Shown piece after piece: positions 49,670 to 59,332 of a DNA stretch of 64,000 nucleotides. Below the pieces are notes generated by a model. That model searched no databases, had not been told where the DNA came from, and saw only the letters and a program-made list of their open reading frames with translations. Location: NCBI GenBank assembly GCA_048938895.1, contig JBHLLU010000005.1:32001-96000 (forward strand), given 5' to 3'. The translations under genes were made by a program, and so were the position numbers. Position 1 is the stretch's first letter. Each line of letters opens with the position of its first letter. The stretch is from Promethearchaeota archaeon. Lineage in GTDB: Archaea > Asgardarchaeota > Lokiarchaeia > Sigyniarchaeales > SOKP01.

Positions 49670-50638
49670 GTGCACCAAAAACTCAATTATGTTTTGATAA
49701 TTGGTTCAAGTAATATGGATTTAAATATTTATTCCAAACGATTCCCAAATCCCGGAGAGACAGTCACGGGAGGAACATTTAAACAATTTTTAGGAGGTAA
49801 AGGTGCTAATCAAGCTGTTGCAGCAGTAAGATCAGGAGCAAATACTATTTTTATAGGTAAAATTGGTATGGATATTTTTGGGAATCAAATGGTTTCTCAG
49901 TTGACTAAAGAAGGGATTAATACAAAACACGTCATAAGGGATAATGAAAATGCAAGTGGTGTAGCCTTCATACTAATAGATGAAAAGGGAGAAAATATGA
50001 TTAGTGTAGCCCCAGGAGCGAATTATCAGTTAACTGCAGAAGATGTAAACTCTAGAGCTGATATCATTAAAAATTCAAGAGTATTGGTCGTTCAAATGGA
50101 AATCCCCATCAAAACTATTGAAGAAGTGTTTAAAATCGCATCAGAGGGAGAAGTTTTAAAAATTCTAAACCCTGCTCCCTTGAAGCCTATTCCAATAGGA
50201 GTTTTGGAACAGGTTGATATACTAATACCAAATGAAGGAGAGTTATTTCGCTTATATTCTTTTTTAAGACCTCACGAGGAAACTAAAGATAACAATACAA
50301 AAATTAAGTACATTTCAAAAGAACTTGTTAAGTTAGGAATAAAAAATATTATAACAACCTTAGGAGATAAAGGATGTTTAATTTATCTTGGAAAAGAAGA
50401 TAGATTTGTAGAAGTATCTTCGCCAAAAGTTAATACCGTGGATACAGTTGGAGCAGGAGACTGCTTCATTGGAGTTTTAGCTAGTAAACTTAGTCAAGGT
50501 GAAAAAATTATTAATTGTGTAAAATTCGCAACGATAGCAGCTTCTATTGCTGTTACTCGAAAAGGAGCTCAGGATTCTATGCCCAGATTAAAAGAAATTG
50601 AAGAAAAACTTAAGAAATTAAACATTGAGATAAACTGA
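49670..50638 (+). CDS. rbsK: Ribokinase (PfkB family)
   Basis: GSSNMD, GGKGANQA, NPAP, PNEGE and DTVGAGDCF. Confidence 0.95.
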   Translation: MHQKLNYVLIIGSSNMDLNIYSKRFPNPGETVTGGTFKQFLGGKGANQAVAAVRSGANTIFIGKIGMDIFGNQMVSQLTKEGINTKHVIRDNENASGVAFILIDEKGENMISVAPGANYQLTAEDVNSRADIIKNSRVLVVQMEIPIKTIEEVFKIASEGEVLKILNPAPLKPIPIGVLEQVDILIPNEGELFRLYSFLRPHEETKDNNTKIKYISKELVKLGIKNIITTLGDKGCLIYLGKEDRFVEVSSPKVNTVDTVGAGDCFIGVLASKLSQGEKIINCVKFATIAASIAVTRKGAQDSMPRLKEIEEKLKKLNIEIN

Positions 50639-50649
50639 ATGGAGGAATC

Positions 50650-51327
50650 ATGATCTTCAAAGAGAAAATATTGTCAGGAAGAAGTACTTATCTTAGAAAG
50701 AATAATTCTGAAAAATTGATTCTTACCATAAATTCTAAATCCTTAGATAACATTTTTCTCATAAATGGAAATTCGTTCAAAACTGAAGAAATAAAAGATT
50801 CTGATTTAAAAATCAAATCTTATGATTATTATATGATTTTTAATAATGGAAAAGAATCAATTGATATTTCTTATTATCTTGATATTTCAAATCACGAAAT
50901 TGTTTATGATCCTTATGTATACGAAAATTCGGAGAAAATTCTTTATACGGAAGACCAGTTCATTAAAAACTATGATATTCCAAAAGGCTATATTGACATT
51001 CTTTCTAAGTGGTATAGCTTTAAGTTTACTTACCCAGATTATAATCTGATCTTTGTAAGACCAGAATTTGGATTATCCATTCAAATTCATAAGAATAGAA
51101 ATGAATTTTGGGAAATTTTAGAGGGCAACCCTATTATCATTAATGGGAATAAAGTTTATTATTATGTTGAAAGTGGTTCTAAATTCCAAAATAAAATAAA
51201 TATGTTTCATACCGTTATCAATCCTAATAAAGAAGCAGGTAAATTTGTTTTAATAAAAGAAAGATGGAACGGTGAATTTGATGAAAATGATATTATTCGT
51301 GTTTTTAATCCTAATCAATACTTTTGA
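50650..51327 (+). CDS. Cupin-domain protein (type II mannose-6-phosphate isomerase-like C-terminus)
   Basis: LSIQIHKNRNEFW, FHTVIN and DENDIIRV resemble PMI type II (LSLQ.H.HR.EHW...EDDIVR). Confidence 0.65.
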   Translation: MIFKEKILSGRSTYLRKNNSEKLILTINSKSLDNIFLINGNSFKTEEIKDSDLKIKSYDYYMIFNNGKESIDISYYLDISNHEIVYDPYVYENSEKILYTEDQFIKNYDIPKGYIDILSKWYSFKFTYPDYNLIFVRPEFGLSIQIHKNRNEFWEILEGNPIIINGNKVYYYVESGSKFQNKINMFHTVINPNKEAGKFVLIKERWNGEFDENDIIRVFNPNQYF

Positions 51328-51545
51328 GATATAGGATTATGTAAAAAATACCTTATAAAACTTGAAAAGAAATGAGAATCCAAGATTCTCTTGAAAACTA
51401 CATCTAAAGCTTATAAGTTTTATGATTTTCACTTCCTTAACCTAAAAGTTAAAATTAAAAGCAACACTAAAATCCTTACCGTATGAAGTTATATCAGAAA
51501 AAATTAACAGAATTAAATTAAAGAACTAAGCAGATTGATTGAAAA

Positions 51546-52079
51546 ATGGCTCCTAATGAAGATACCAATGAAGAGTTGGAAGAAGAATTAGAAGAGGAAG
51601 AACCTTCTGAGGAAATAGTTGAAGAAGTAGAAGAAGAAGAAGGTGATGAGGAATTAGATGCCGAAAAAGAGTTAGATAGATTAAGATTTCATTATCGAGG
51701 ATATACATTAGAAGAACTTAAGAAAATGAATATGGATACGCTTATACAATTATTTCCCGCCAGAGCAAGACGATCATTGAAACGAGGGCTTCCTCCAAGG
51801 CAAAAAAAATTGCTAGAACGACTTAGAAGGGCTTATCGTGCAAAAAAACGCGGTAAAGATCTCATTACTAGAACTCATGTCAGAGATATGATCATTTTTC
51901 CAGATTTTGTTGGACTAAAAATTGGTGTTTATAACGGAAGAACATTTGAAGTGATTGATATTAAACCAGAAATGATAGGCCATTACCTTGGTGAATTTGC
52001 CTTAACACGGAAGCGAGTATCTCACGGTTCTCCTGGAATTGGGGCCACAAGAAGTTCAAAATATGTGCCATTAAAGTAA
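51546..52079 (+). CDS. rps19: 30S ribosomal protein uS19 with acidic N-terminal extension
   Basis: [20 protein letters not shown] and [12 protein letters not shown]. Confidence 0.97.
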   Translation: MAPNEDTNEELEEELEEEEPSEEIVEEVEEEEGDEELDAEKELDRLRFHYRGYTLEELKKMNMDTLIQLFPARARRSLKRGLPPRQKKLLERLRRAYRAKKRGKDLITRTHVRDMIIFPDFVGLKIGVYNGRTFEVIDIKPEMIGHYLGEFALTRKRVSHGSPGIGATRSSKYVPLK

Positions 52080-52112
52080 TTTATGATAATAAAATTAATG
52101 AGATGAAAAAAT

Positions 52113-52592
52113 ATGCCTAACTGGGGTTATTCATTCATAGAACAAAAATATGATACTGAAAGACTCGCAAAAGCTTCTGGAAGAGATTTAAGAATTAAAC
52201 CAAAGCACGCTAGAGAGATATGTGCTGTAATCAAGGGAATGAAAGTAGAAAGAGCAAAAGAATTTCTCGAAAATGTTATTCAAATAAAACAATCAGTCCC
52301 TTTTAGAAGATATAAGAAAAAAGCACCACATAGAAAAGATTTAAAAGAATTTAAGTGGTATGCTGGGAAATTTCCTCAAAAAGCAGCTGCTCGAATCTAT
52401 GAGATTCTCTCTTCAGTAGAAGCCAATGGAGAATATAAAGGATTAGATATTGAGAGTTGCAGAGTTATTCATGCTGCCGCCCATCGAGGAAGAATAATAA
52501 AAAGATATACTGAACGAGCCCGAGGTCGTAGTACGGCAAAATTTAAGCATCTCACTCATGTAGAAATTGTAATTTATGAATTTCCAAGTTAA
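52113..52592 (+). CDS. rpl22: 50S ribosomal protein uL22
   Basis: KHAREIC, VPFRRY, GKFPQKAA, RARGR and HVEI. Confidence 0.97.
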   Translation: MPNWGYSFIEQKYDTERLAKASGRDLRIKPKHAREICAVIKGMKVERAKEFLENVIQIKQSVPFRRYKKKAPHRKDLKEFKWYAGKFPQKAAARIYEILSSVEANGEYKGLDIESCRVIHAAAHRGRIIKRYTERARGRSTAKFKHLTHVEIVIYEFPS

Positions 52593-52639
52593 GTTAAAAA
52601 TAGAAGTGTTAATATAAATAATTAAATAAGTGAAACAGA

Positions 52640-53416
52640 ATGTCCCCCTTAGTTAAAAATTTCATTGAACAGGGTATTAAATTGATGCAAATCAACGAGT
52701 ACTTGCGATCAGAGTTAGTAAGAGCAGGATTTGCAGGTGTAGATGTTCAGAAGACACCATTAGGAGTCAGAATTACATTAAAAACGAGTAGACCAGGGCT
52801 TGTCATCGGAAAAGGCGGAAAGCGAATCCAAGAAATAACAGATGTACTTCAGGATAGATTTGGATTAGAAATGCCGCAGATTGAGGTTGAAGAGGTGGCT
52901 AATCCAGATCTTAATGCACAAATAATGGCAGAACGGTTGGCGTATAGTTTGGACAGAGGTCGCCACTATAGGAGAGCTGGTTATTATATACTTAGAAAAA
53001 TCATGGACTCTGGGGGAGCACTTGGAGCAGAAATTAGGATTTCAGGAAAAGTAACCAGCCAAAGGGCCAGAACGCAAATTTTTCGCGCTGGGACAATGAC
53101 AAAAAGCGGTCATCCTTCACAAGAAGGTGTTGATAAGGGTGTAGCACAATGCATTCAAAAATCTGGTGTTTTAGGTGTGGTAGTAAAAATTCAACATGCT
53201 GATACAAGGATGGGTGATGAGGTTAAGATTAAAAATGATCTATTAACTAAAGCTCAAAAACAAGCCGAAGCAAAATTAGCTAAAACTAAGGCTGAATATG
53301 TTATTGAGGAAGAAACTGCAGATATCATTAAAGAGGATAAGAAAATTATTGATGAAGTAGATGAAGAGGCAATATCTGAAATTTCATTAACTCCGGAGGA
53401 AGAAGAAGAAAATTAG
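52640..53416 (+). CDS. rps3: 30S ribosomal protein uS3 with acidic C-terminal tail
   Basis: KH domain RPGLVIGKGG; GAEIRISGK; GVLGVVVKI. Confidence 0.97.
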   Translation: MSPLVKNFIEQGIKLMQINEYLRSELVRAGFAGVDVQKTPLGVRITLKTSRPGLVIGKGGKRIQEITDVLQDRFGLEMPQIEVEEVANPDLNAQIMAERLAYSLDRGRHYRRAGYYILRKIMDSGGALGAEIRISGKVTSQRARTQIFRAGTMTKSGHPSQEGVDKGVAQCIQKSGVLGVVVKIQHADTRMGDEVKIKNDLLTKAQKQAEAKLAKTKAEYVIEEETADIIKEDKKIIDEVDEEAISEISLTPEEEEEN

Positions 53417-53429
53417 GATGTGAAATAAA

Positions 53430-53633
53430 ATGGGAGATATATTAAAAGCAAAAATGATAAGAGAAATGGATGAAAGAGAACGAGAGAGAGCTTTGTTAAA
53501 TTTACGAGAAGAATTAATGATGTTATATTCAAATCAAACTGGTGGGGGTGTTTCTGACAACCCTGGAAAAGCTAAGTTATTAAGAAAGCAGATCGCGAGA
53601 ATTTTAACAGTATATAATGAGGAAAAAGAGTGA
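53430..53633 (+). CDS. rpl29: 50S ribosomal protein uL29
   Basis: NPGKAKLLRKQIARILT; operon position. Confidence 0.95.
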   Translation: MGDILKAKMIREMDERERERALLNLREELMMLYSNQTGGGVSDNPGKAKLLRKQIARILTVYNEEKE

Positions 53634-53944
53634 TAGATCCAAAATATTTAATTTACCATGATTTAATCGGGATAAAAGCTTATGCGAAACTTGAATCAAA
53701 AAAAGATAAATCCGGATTTTCGGATATTGGAATCATTATTGATGATACAAAAAACATGTTAATTGCCCAAAAAGAAAATAAAGTTAAAAAATATATAAAA
53801 AAAAATTATGTGTTTCGGTTTGATTTACCAAATTACTCGGAAAATAATGAGGAGAATTATATAGAAGTACAAGGGGATGATATTGTTGGTTTCCCCGTAA
53901 ATAGATTAAGAAGTTTAAAGAAGAAGAGATGGTATAAAAAATGA
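53630..53944 (+). CDS. rnp1: Ribonuclease P protein component 1 (Rpp29/POP4)
   Basis: HDLIG, GIIIDDTKNML and IEVQG..IVGFP..RL; operon position. Confidence 0.9.
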   Translation: MIDPKYLIYHDLIGIKAYAKLESKKDKSGFSDIGIIIDDTKNMLIAQKENKVKKYIKKNYVFRFDLPNYSENNEENYIEVQGDDIVGFPVNRLRSLKKKRWYKK

Positions 53945-54294
53945 GCAGAAATATAGGAATTCCAGGTATAGTTCCCCCTAAAGCAAAAGCTGAAGATTGT
54001 AATGATGAATCTTGCCCTTTCCATGGAAAAACAAGAATTAGGGGAAAAATTACCCAAGGAGTTATTGTAAGTAAGAATTCTAAAAATACAGTTATAATTA
54101 AAAGAGATTATGTTCAATTTGTTAAGAAATATCAACGATATGAGCGTCGAAATACTCGACTTGCATGTCATTTACCAGAATGTTTAACTCATGAGATAGA
54201 AATTGGAGACCTAGTTCGGGTTGGAGAATCCCGAAAAATTTCTAAAACAAAGGCGTTTATTGTATTAAATAAAATAGCAAGCGGAGGGATCTAA
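53941..54294 (+). CDS. rps17: 30S ribosomal protein uS17
   Basis: CNDESCPFHG, KYQRYERR and RKISKTK. Confidence 0.97.
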   Translation: MSRNIGIPGIVPPKAKAEDCNDESCPFHGKTRIRGKITQGVIVSKNSKNTVIIKRDYVQFVKKYQRYERRNTRLACHLPECLTHEIEIGDLVRVGESRKISKTKAFIVLNKIASGGI

Positions 54295-54720
54295 ATGGGT
54301 ACTAGACGAAAGATGGGAAGAAAACGAATGACAAGGCACAAAACAAGTTATGGATTGTGTAATGGGTCAAGAATTCAGATTACAGATAATTCTGGGGCAA
54401 AAGTGGCCCAAATCATTAATGTAGACCACTTTAAGACAAGACAAAGAAGATTACCAAAAGCTACAGTAGGCAGTATTTGCACTGTCACGATTAAAAGAGG
54501 AAGACCTGAAATGAGAGGAAACATCCTTAAGGCTGTAATCGTCAGACAAAAAAGGATATTTCGTCGATTAGATGGTACACGACTTTGTTTTGAAGATAAT
54601 GCGGGTGTAATTGTAACAAAAGAAGGTGAACCCCGTGGAACAGAAGTGAGAGGTCCTATCGCTCGAGAAGCTGCTGAATTATTTCCTAGGTTAGCATCAA
54701 TTTCTTCATTAATAATCTAA
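54295..54720 (+). CDS. rpl14: 50S ribosomal protein uL14
   Basis: DNSGAK, AVIVRQK, FEDNAGVIV and GPIAREAA. Confidence 0.97.
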   Translation: MGTRRKMGRKRMTRHKTSYGLCNGSRIQITDNSGAKVAQIINVDHFKTRQRRLPKATVGSICTVTIKRGRPEMRGNILKAVIVRQKRIFRRLDGTRLCFEDNAGVIVTKEGEPRGTEVRGPIAREAAELFPRLASISSLII

Positions 54721-54743
54721 TATTAAAAGAAAAGGAATTAAAT

Positions 54744-55178
54744 ATGAAAGTACAATCAAAACAACCCCGGAAGCAAAGAAGAGCACTATATAATTATAAG
54801 AACCATGAGCGTTCAAAATTGTTCACTACAAGGGTAGTTGATTTTCTTCGAGATGAATACGGGATAAAAAAACTCCCAGTTAGGGTTGGAGATCAGGTTC
54901 GAGTTTGTAAGGGAGAATATAAAGACTTCGAAGGTGAAGTTTTGGAAATTACAAAAGATTTAAGATGTAAAATAAAGGAAGCTCAATTTGAAAAATCAGA
55001 CGGGACACAATTTCATCCTGCGATACATGTTTCCAATTTAATTATTACCAAACTTGCTAAGGAAAAAAAGTTGGATCCTTGGCGAGCAAAAATAATAGAA
55101 AGAAAAGCTTTATATGGTTTTTATGAGGAAGAATTAACTGGACCAAAGAAAGGAAAGGAGGTAGAACAGATTGACTAG
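54744..55178 (+). CDS. rpl24: 50S ribosomal protein uL24
   Basis: SKQPRKQR, KOW motif PVRVGDQVRVCKG and IHVSNL. Confidence 0.97.
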   Translation: MKVQSKQPRKQRRALYNYKNHERSKLFTTRVVDFLRDEYGIKKLPVRVGDQVRVCKGEYKDFEGEVLEITKDLRCKIKEAQFEKSDGTQFHPAIHVSNLIITKLAKEKKLDPWRAKIIERKALYGFYEEELTGPKKGKEVEQID

Positions 55179-55923
55179 ACACGGAGGTCAAAAAATCCTA
55201 AAGAGACTTAATACACCGGCATTTTTACAAATCAAGAGGAAACATGGTAAATTTTTTGTTAAACCATCGCCTGGACCTCATCCAAGTAGATTTTGTTTAC
55301 CACTCCTTCACATTGTTAGAGATTTATTACAAGTTGTAGATTCTCATAGAGAAGCAAAGAAATTAATTGGTTTGGGATATTTTAAGGTTGATGGAAAAGT
55401 TGTAAGAGATAAAGCATTCCCTGTAGGATTAATGGACGTATTATCAATAGAAAAAATGAAAAAATATTACCGAATACTCCCAGACTCCCATTATGGATTA
55501 AAATTGCATGAAATTGGTGAAGATGAGAGTTTATTTAAGTTATGTAGGATCACTAACAAAACTAATGTAAAAGGGGGTCATATACAGCTAAACTTACATG
55601 ATGGCAAAAATATTTTAATTAGAGTTAATGATCCAAGAAATCCAAAAGAAGATGTCTATAAGCGAATGGATGTTTTAAAAATTTCGATTCCTGAACAAGA
55701 AATCAAGAAAATCCTAAAATTTAAGGAAAACAACCTAGCAATTATTATGTCAGGAAAAAATATAGGACAAACAGGGAAAATTATTAATATTTTAAAACGA
55801 TTTGGTCCAAAAGCAAGTACAGTTTCAATTCAACATAATGGAAGCCATACAGAAACACTATATGATTATACATTTATTATTGGAGAAGATCAATCCGAAA
55901 TTGATTTACCCAATTTAAATTAA
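55171..55923 (+). CDS. rps4e: 30S ribosomal protein eS4
   Basis: PSPGPH, VDGKVVRD..FPVGLMDV and QLNLHDG; TTG start. Confidence 0.97.
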   Translation: MTRHGGQKILKRLNTPAFLQIKRKHGKFFVKPSPGPHPSRFCLPLLHIVRDLLQVVDSHREAKKLIGLGYFKVDGKVVRDKAFPVGLMDVLSIEKMKKYYRILPDSHYGLKLHEIGEDESLFKLCRITNKTNVKGGHIQLNLHDGKNILIRVNDPRNPKEDVYKRMDVLKISIPEQEIKKILKFKENNLAIIMSGKNIGQTGKIINILKRFGPKASTVSIQHNGSHTETLYDYTFIIGEDQSEIDLPNLN

Positions 55924-55945
55924 AAATAATTAGGAGGTAAATAAA

Positions 55946-56539
55946 TTGTCAGCCACATCCAAAAGGAATGCAACAAGCGCCCAACAAAAGGAATTTGATG
56001 AAAAATGGGAAAATCCAATGAAAAGGCCATTCCTAGAGAAGTTAGTTTTGAATATAGGAGTTGGTGCAGGGGGAGAAGAATTAGAAAAGGCAGTAACCGT
56101 ATTAGAGCAAATAACGGGAAGAACTCCTGTCAAAACTCTATCTAAAGTTAATGTGAAAGAGTTTAATCTTAGAAAAGGGCGTCCTATTGGCTGTAAAATT
56201 ACTATTAGAGGTAAAGACGCAGAAAGATTATTAAAAAGATTATTGATAGTAAATAACAATAAAATTTTACAAAAAAGTTTTGATAATTTTGGTAATTTTG
56301 CATTTGGTATAGATGAACATATTAAAATTCCTCAGACTGAATATGAAGCCAGTATTGGTTTGTGGGGATTAGATATATGTGGAAGGATCGCAAGACCAGG
56401 AATGAGAGTGAGATATCGAAGAAAAGGAAGAACGAAAATTCCCAGACATCACTATATATCCCGAGCAGAAGCCCAATATTTTTTGAAACAAAATTTTGGA
56501 GTTGATATTGTAAAAAAATTAGATTTAGAATATATTTAA
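55946..56539 (+). CDS. rpl5: 50S ribosomal protein uL5
   Basis: NPM...EKLVLNIGVG, PIGCKITIRG and GNFAFGIDEHI; TTG start. Confidence 0.97.
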   Translation: MSATSKRNATSAQQKEFDEKWENPMKRPFLEKLVLNIGVGAGGEELEKAVTVLEQITGRTPVKTLSKVNVKEFNLRKGRPIGCKITIRGKDAERLLKRLLIVNNNKILQKSFDNFGNFAFGIDEHIKIPQTEYEASIGLWGLDICGRIARPGMRVRYRRKGRTKIPRHHYISRAEAQYFLKQNFGVDIVKKLDLEYI

Positions 56540-56559
56540 TGAATTTAAGGTGATAAAGT

Positions 56560-56709
56560 ATTCCACAAGGAAAGCGTTATGGTAAAGGACAGAGAGAATG
56601 TCGAAGATGTCACACTCATAGAGGTCTAATTAGAAGATACGGTTTGTACATTTGTAGACGTTGTTTTTACGAAATAGGACAAAATATTGGATTTAAAAGA
56701 TATGAATAA
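56560..56709 (+). CDS. rps14: 30S ribosomal protein uS14 (zinc-binding), apparent ATT start
   Basis: IPQGKRYGKGQRECRRCHTHRGLIRRYGLYICRRCFYEIGQNIGFKRYE, lying between rpl5 and rps8. Absent from the ORF track. Confidence 0.95.
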   Translation: MPQGKRYGKGQRECRRCHTHRGLIRRYGLYICRRCFYEIGQNIGFKRYE

Positions 56710-56745
56710 GAAAAATTAAAGAATATAATAAGGATGTGAAAGAAT

Positions 56746-57129
56746 TTGGTAAATATACTAGCAGACGCTTGCTGTGCTCTTAAGAATGCTGAAAGAGCGC
56801 GTAAAAAGGAAGTTGTTATAAGTCCTGCATCGAAAGAACTTCAGCAAATCCTCCGTATCTTCCAAAGACATGCCTATATCGGTGAATTTGAAAGGTATGA
56901 CGATGGTCGTCAAGGAAAGTTCAAAATAGCATTACAAGGGAAAATTAATGAATGTGCTGGCTTAATAAGATTAAATTATAAAGTAAATCAATATGAATTC
57001 TTGGAAAGACGTTTATTACCCGCACCCGGTTTAGGATTAATTATAATGACAACAAACCAAGGAATTATGACTATGAAAGAAGCTGAAGAAAAAAATATAG
57101 GGGGACATACTCTATGCTATATATATTAA
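56746..57129 (+). CDS. rps8: 30S ribosomal protein uS8
   Basis: LKNAE, YIGEFE..DDGRQG and TTNQGIMT; TTG start. Confidence 0.97.
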   Translation: MVNILADACCALKNAERARKKEVVISPASKELQQILRIFQRHAYIGEFERYDDGRQGKFKIALQGKINECAGLIRLNYKVNQYEFLERRLLPAPGLGLIIMTTNQGIMTMKEAEEKNIGGHTLCYIY

Positions 57130-57152
57130 TAAAACTTAGAGGTAAATAAGAA

Positions 57153-57731
57153 ATGGTAAAGATTGCTTTCTTTAAAGAGGAATTGGATATACCTGAAGGA
57201 GTTAAAGTAACATTAGAAGGAGGACATCATATAAGAGTCAAAGGTCCTGAAGGAGATATCATAAAAGATTTTTCTCATGTGAGGGGTATAAAAGTAGCGA
57301 TAGAGAAGAATAAAGTCATCTTTTCAACTAATTTCCCTAAAAGTGGTACATTGGCATTGATCAAGACTATTGTAAGCATAATTAACAATTTGATTATAGG
57401 AGTGCAGACAAATTATACGTATATTTCCAAAATAGCCTATTCTCATTTTCCATGTAGTGTTCGAGTGGATGAGAAAGACAGATTCATTTATGTTGAAAAC
57501 TTCCTTGGAGAAAGAGCACCAAGAAAAGCAAAGTATCCTAATAATGTTAAAGTTGAAGTGAAGGGTGATGATGTTTATTTTATTGGCCCAGATAAAGAAG
57601 CTCTTGGTCAGAGCGCCGCAAATGTCAAAAGAGCTTGTCGGATAAGAAAAAAAGATCCCAGAGTATTCCAAGACGGAGTTTATTTGTATCGAAAACAATT
57701 AGGAGAACAAGTAATCTGGGAAATTAAGTAA
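57153..57731 (+). CDS. rpl6: 50S ribosomal protein uL6
   Basis: YSHFP, NFLGERAPR and KDPRVFQDGVY. Confidence 0.97.
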   Translation: MVKIAFFKEELDIPEGVKVTLEGGHHIRVKGPEGDIIKDFSHVRGIKVAIEKNKVIFSTNFPKSGTLALIKTIVSIINNLIIGVQTNYTYISKIAYSHFPCSVRVDEKDRFIYVENFLGERAPRKAKYPNNVKVEVKGDDVYFIGPDKEALGQSAANVKRACRIRKKDPRVFQDGVYLYRKQLGEQVIWEIK

Positions 57732-57746
57732 AATGGGGTTATCATT

Positions 57747-58232
57747 ATGGTAAATGACAAAAGATTGATGGAACTTAGAAAAAAAATTGAAAAAAAAAGA
57801 CCCTCCTTCAGACGGGTCGAATCCTGGAGATATAAAAGAGTACAAGACTCTTGGAGGAAGGCAAGAGGGATAGATTCAAAAACTCGAAAAAAAAAGAAAT
57901 CAGGAGTTAAATCTCCAACGATTGGTTATAGAACTCCAAAAAAAGTTAGAGGTCTACATCCTTCTGGGTATAGAGAAGTTTTAGTCTCTACTATTGATGA
58001 TTTAAAAAATTTAAATAAAAAAAACCACGCTCTTAAAATTTCTGGAAAACTAGGAGCTAAGAAGCGGATTGCTCTAACCGATTACTGTCAAAGAAGAGGA
58101 TTTAAAATCTTGAATCTAGGAGTTTCTCAAAAAGAAATTGAATTATTAGAACAGATGGCAGAAGCACCAATCGCGGATATAGAAAGTGATGAATTTATCG
58201 ATATAGATGAGTTAGAAGATTCTATTGAATAA
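57747..58232 (+). CDS. rpl32e: 50S ribosomal protein eL32 with acidic C-terminal tail
   Basis: WRKARGIDSK, IGYRTP and RGLHPSG. Confidence 0.97.
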   Translation: MVNDKRLMELRKKIEKKRPSFRRVESWRYKRVQDSWRKARGIDSKTRKKKKSGVKSPTIGYRTPKKVRGLHPSGYREVLVSTIDDLKNLNKKNHALKISGKLGAKKRIALTDYCQRRGFKILNLGVSQKEIELLEQMAEAPIADIESDEFIDIDELEDSIE

Positions 58233-58265
58233 GATAATGATAATTAAGAAAAGAGGTATAAAATA

Positions 58266-58721
58266 ATGAATTTAAAACCACAGAGAAGAATGGCTGCTGA
58301 GATTTTAAAATGTGGAGAAAATCGAGTATATTTTGATCCATATTTAATTGAAGATATTTCATTAGCTATTACCCGTGAAGATGTTCGCAATTTAATAAAG
58401 CAAGGTATAATCCAAAAAAAATATAAACAAGGAAACTCCAAATATAGGAAAAATGTACGACATGAACGAAAGAAAAAGGGAAGAGCAAGAGGATTAGGGA
58501 AAAGAAAGGGGACAAAATATGCTAGAACTCCGAAAAAGAAAACCTGGATTAAGAGGATTCGTCCAATAAGAAGAGAACTTAAAAAGCTAAGAGATAGAAA
58601 ACAAATTACAGTTGCAAATTATCGAAAATTATATAAAAATGCTAAAGGTGGAATGTTTACTAGTGTTGCTCAATTGAATCGTTATATAAAAGAAAAAGAA
58701 TTAATAAGACGAGGTAGATAA
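58266..58721 (+). CDS. rpl19e: 50S ribosomal protein eL19
   Basis: QRRMAAEILKCG, GKRKGT and LYKNAKGG. Confidence 0.97.
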   Translation: MNLKPQRRMAAEILKCGENRVYFDPYLIEDISLAITREDVRNLIKQGIIQKKYKQGNSKYRKNVRHERKKKGRARGLGKRKGTKYARTPKKKTWIKRIRPIRRELKKLRDRKQITVANYRKLYKNAKGGMFTSVAQLNRYIKEKELIRRGR

Positions 58722-58724
58722 AAA

Positions 58725-59318
58725 ATGGCTCATGGTCCAAGATATAGAAGACCCCCAAGACGTAGATTTGAAGGAAAGACAAACTATCATAAGAGAATAA
58801 AATTATTAAAATCGAGAAGACTAAGAGTTGTTATCAGAATTTCTAATAACCATACAAGAGTACAAATCGTCCAATCTAAACTGAGTGGTGATATGGTCTT
58901 GGTTTCAGCTTTCTCAAAAGAATTACCTTTAAAATATAGTTGGAATGCAAGTACGGGAAATATCCCCGCATCCTATTTAACCGGTTATTTAGCAGGTTTA
59001 AGAGCAAAAAATAAAAATATTCAAGATGCGATATTTGATCTTGGTATCTTTTACCATAGAAATCGAGTACTCGCAGCTTGCAAAGGAATAATAGACTCAG
59101 GATTGCAAGTTCCCTATCATGAAGAATTTTTCCCTGATGATTTAGATGAAAGAGTAAAAGGTACACATATAGAAAATTACGCTAAAAAATTAAAATCAGA
59201 AGACCCTGAAAACTATGAGCATTTATTTTCTGGGTATATCAAGAAAAATAAGATTAATCCTCTAAAGATTAGTCAGGCATTTTCAGATTCAATTAAGAAA
59301 ATAGAAAGTAAAGCTTAA
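58725..59318 (+). CDS. rpl18: 50S ribosomal protein uL18
   Basis: GPRY, EGKTNY and NIPASYLTG. Confidence 0.97.
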   Translation: MAHGPRYRRPPRRRFEGKTNYHKRIKLLKSRRLRVVIRISNNHTRVQIVQSKLSGDMVLVSAFSKELPLKYSWNASTGNIPASYLTGYLAGLRAKNKNIQDAIFDLGIFYHRNRVLAACKGIIDSGLQVPYHEEFFPDDLDERVKGTHIENYAKKLKSEDPENYEHLFSGYIKKNKINPLKISQAFSDSIKKIESKA

Positions 59319-59332
59319 AAATTGGGATTGAA

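Noticed and set aside
51570-51660. GAA-rich repeat-like DNA
   Set aside because: Explained by the Glu-rich N-terminus of uS19; it is not a repeat array.
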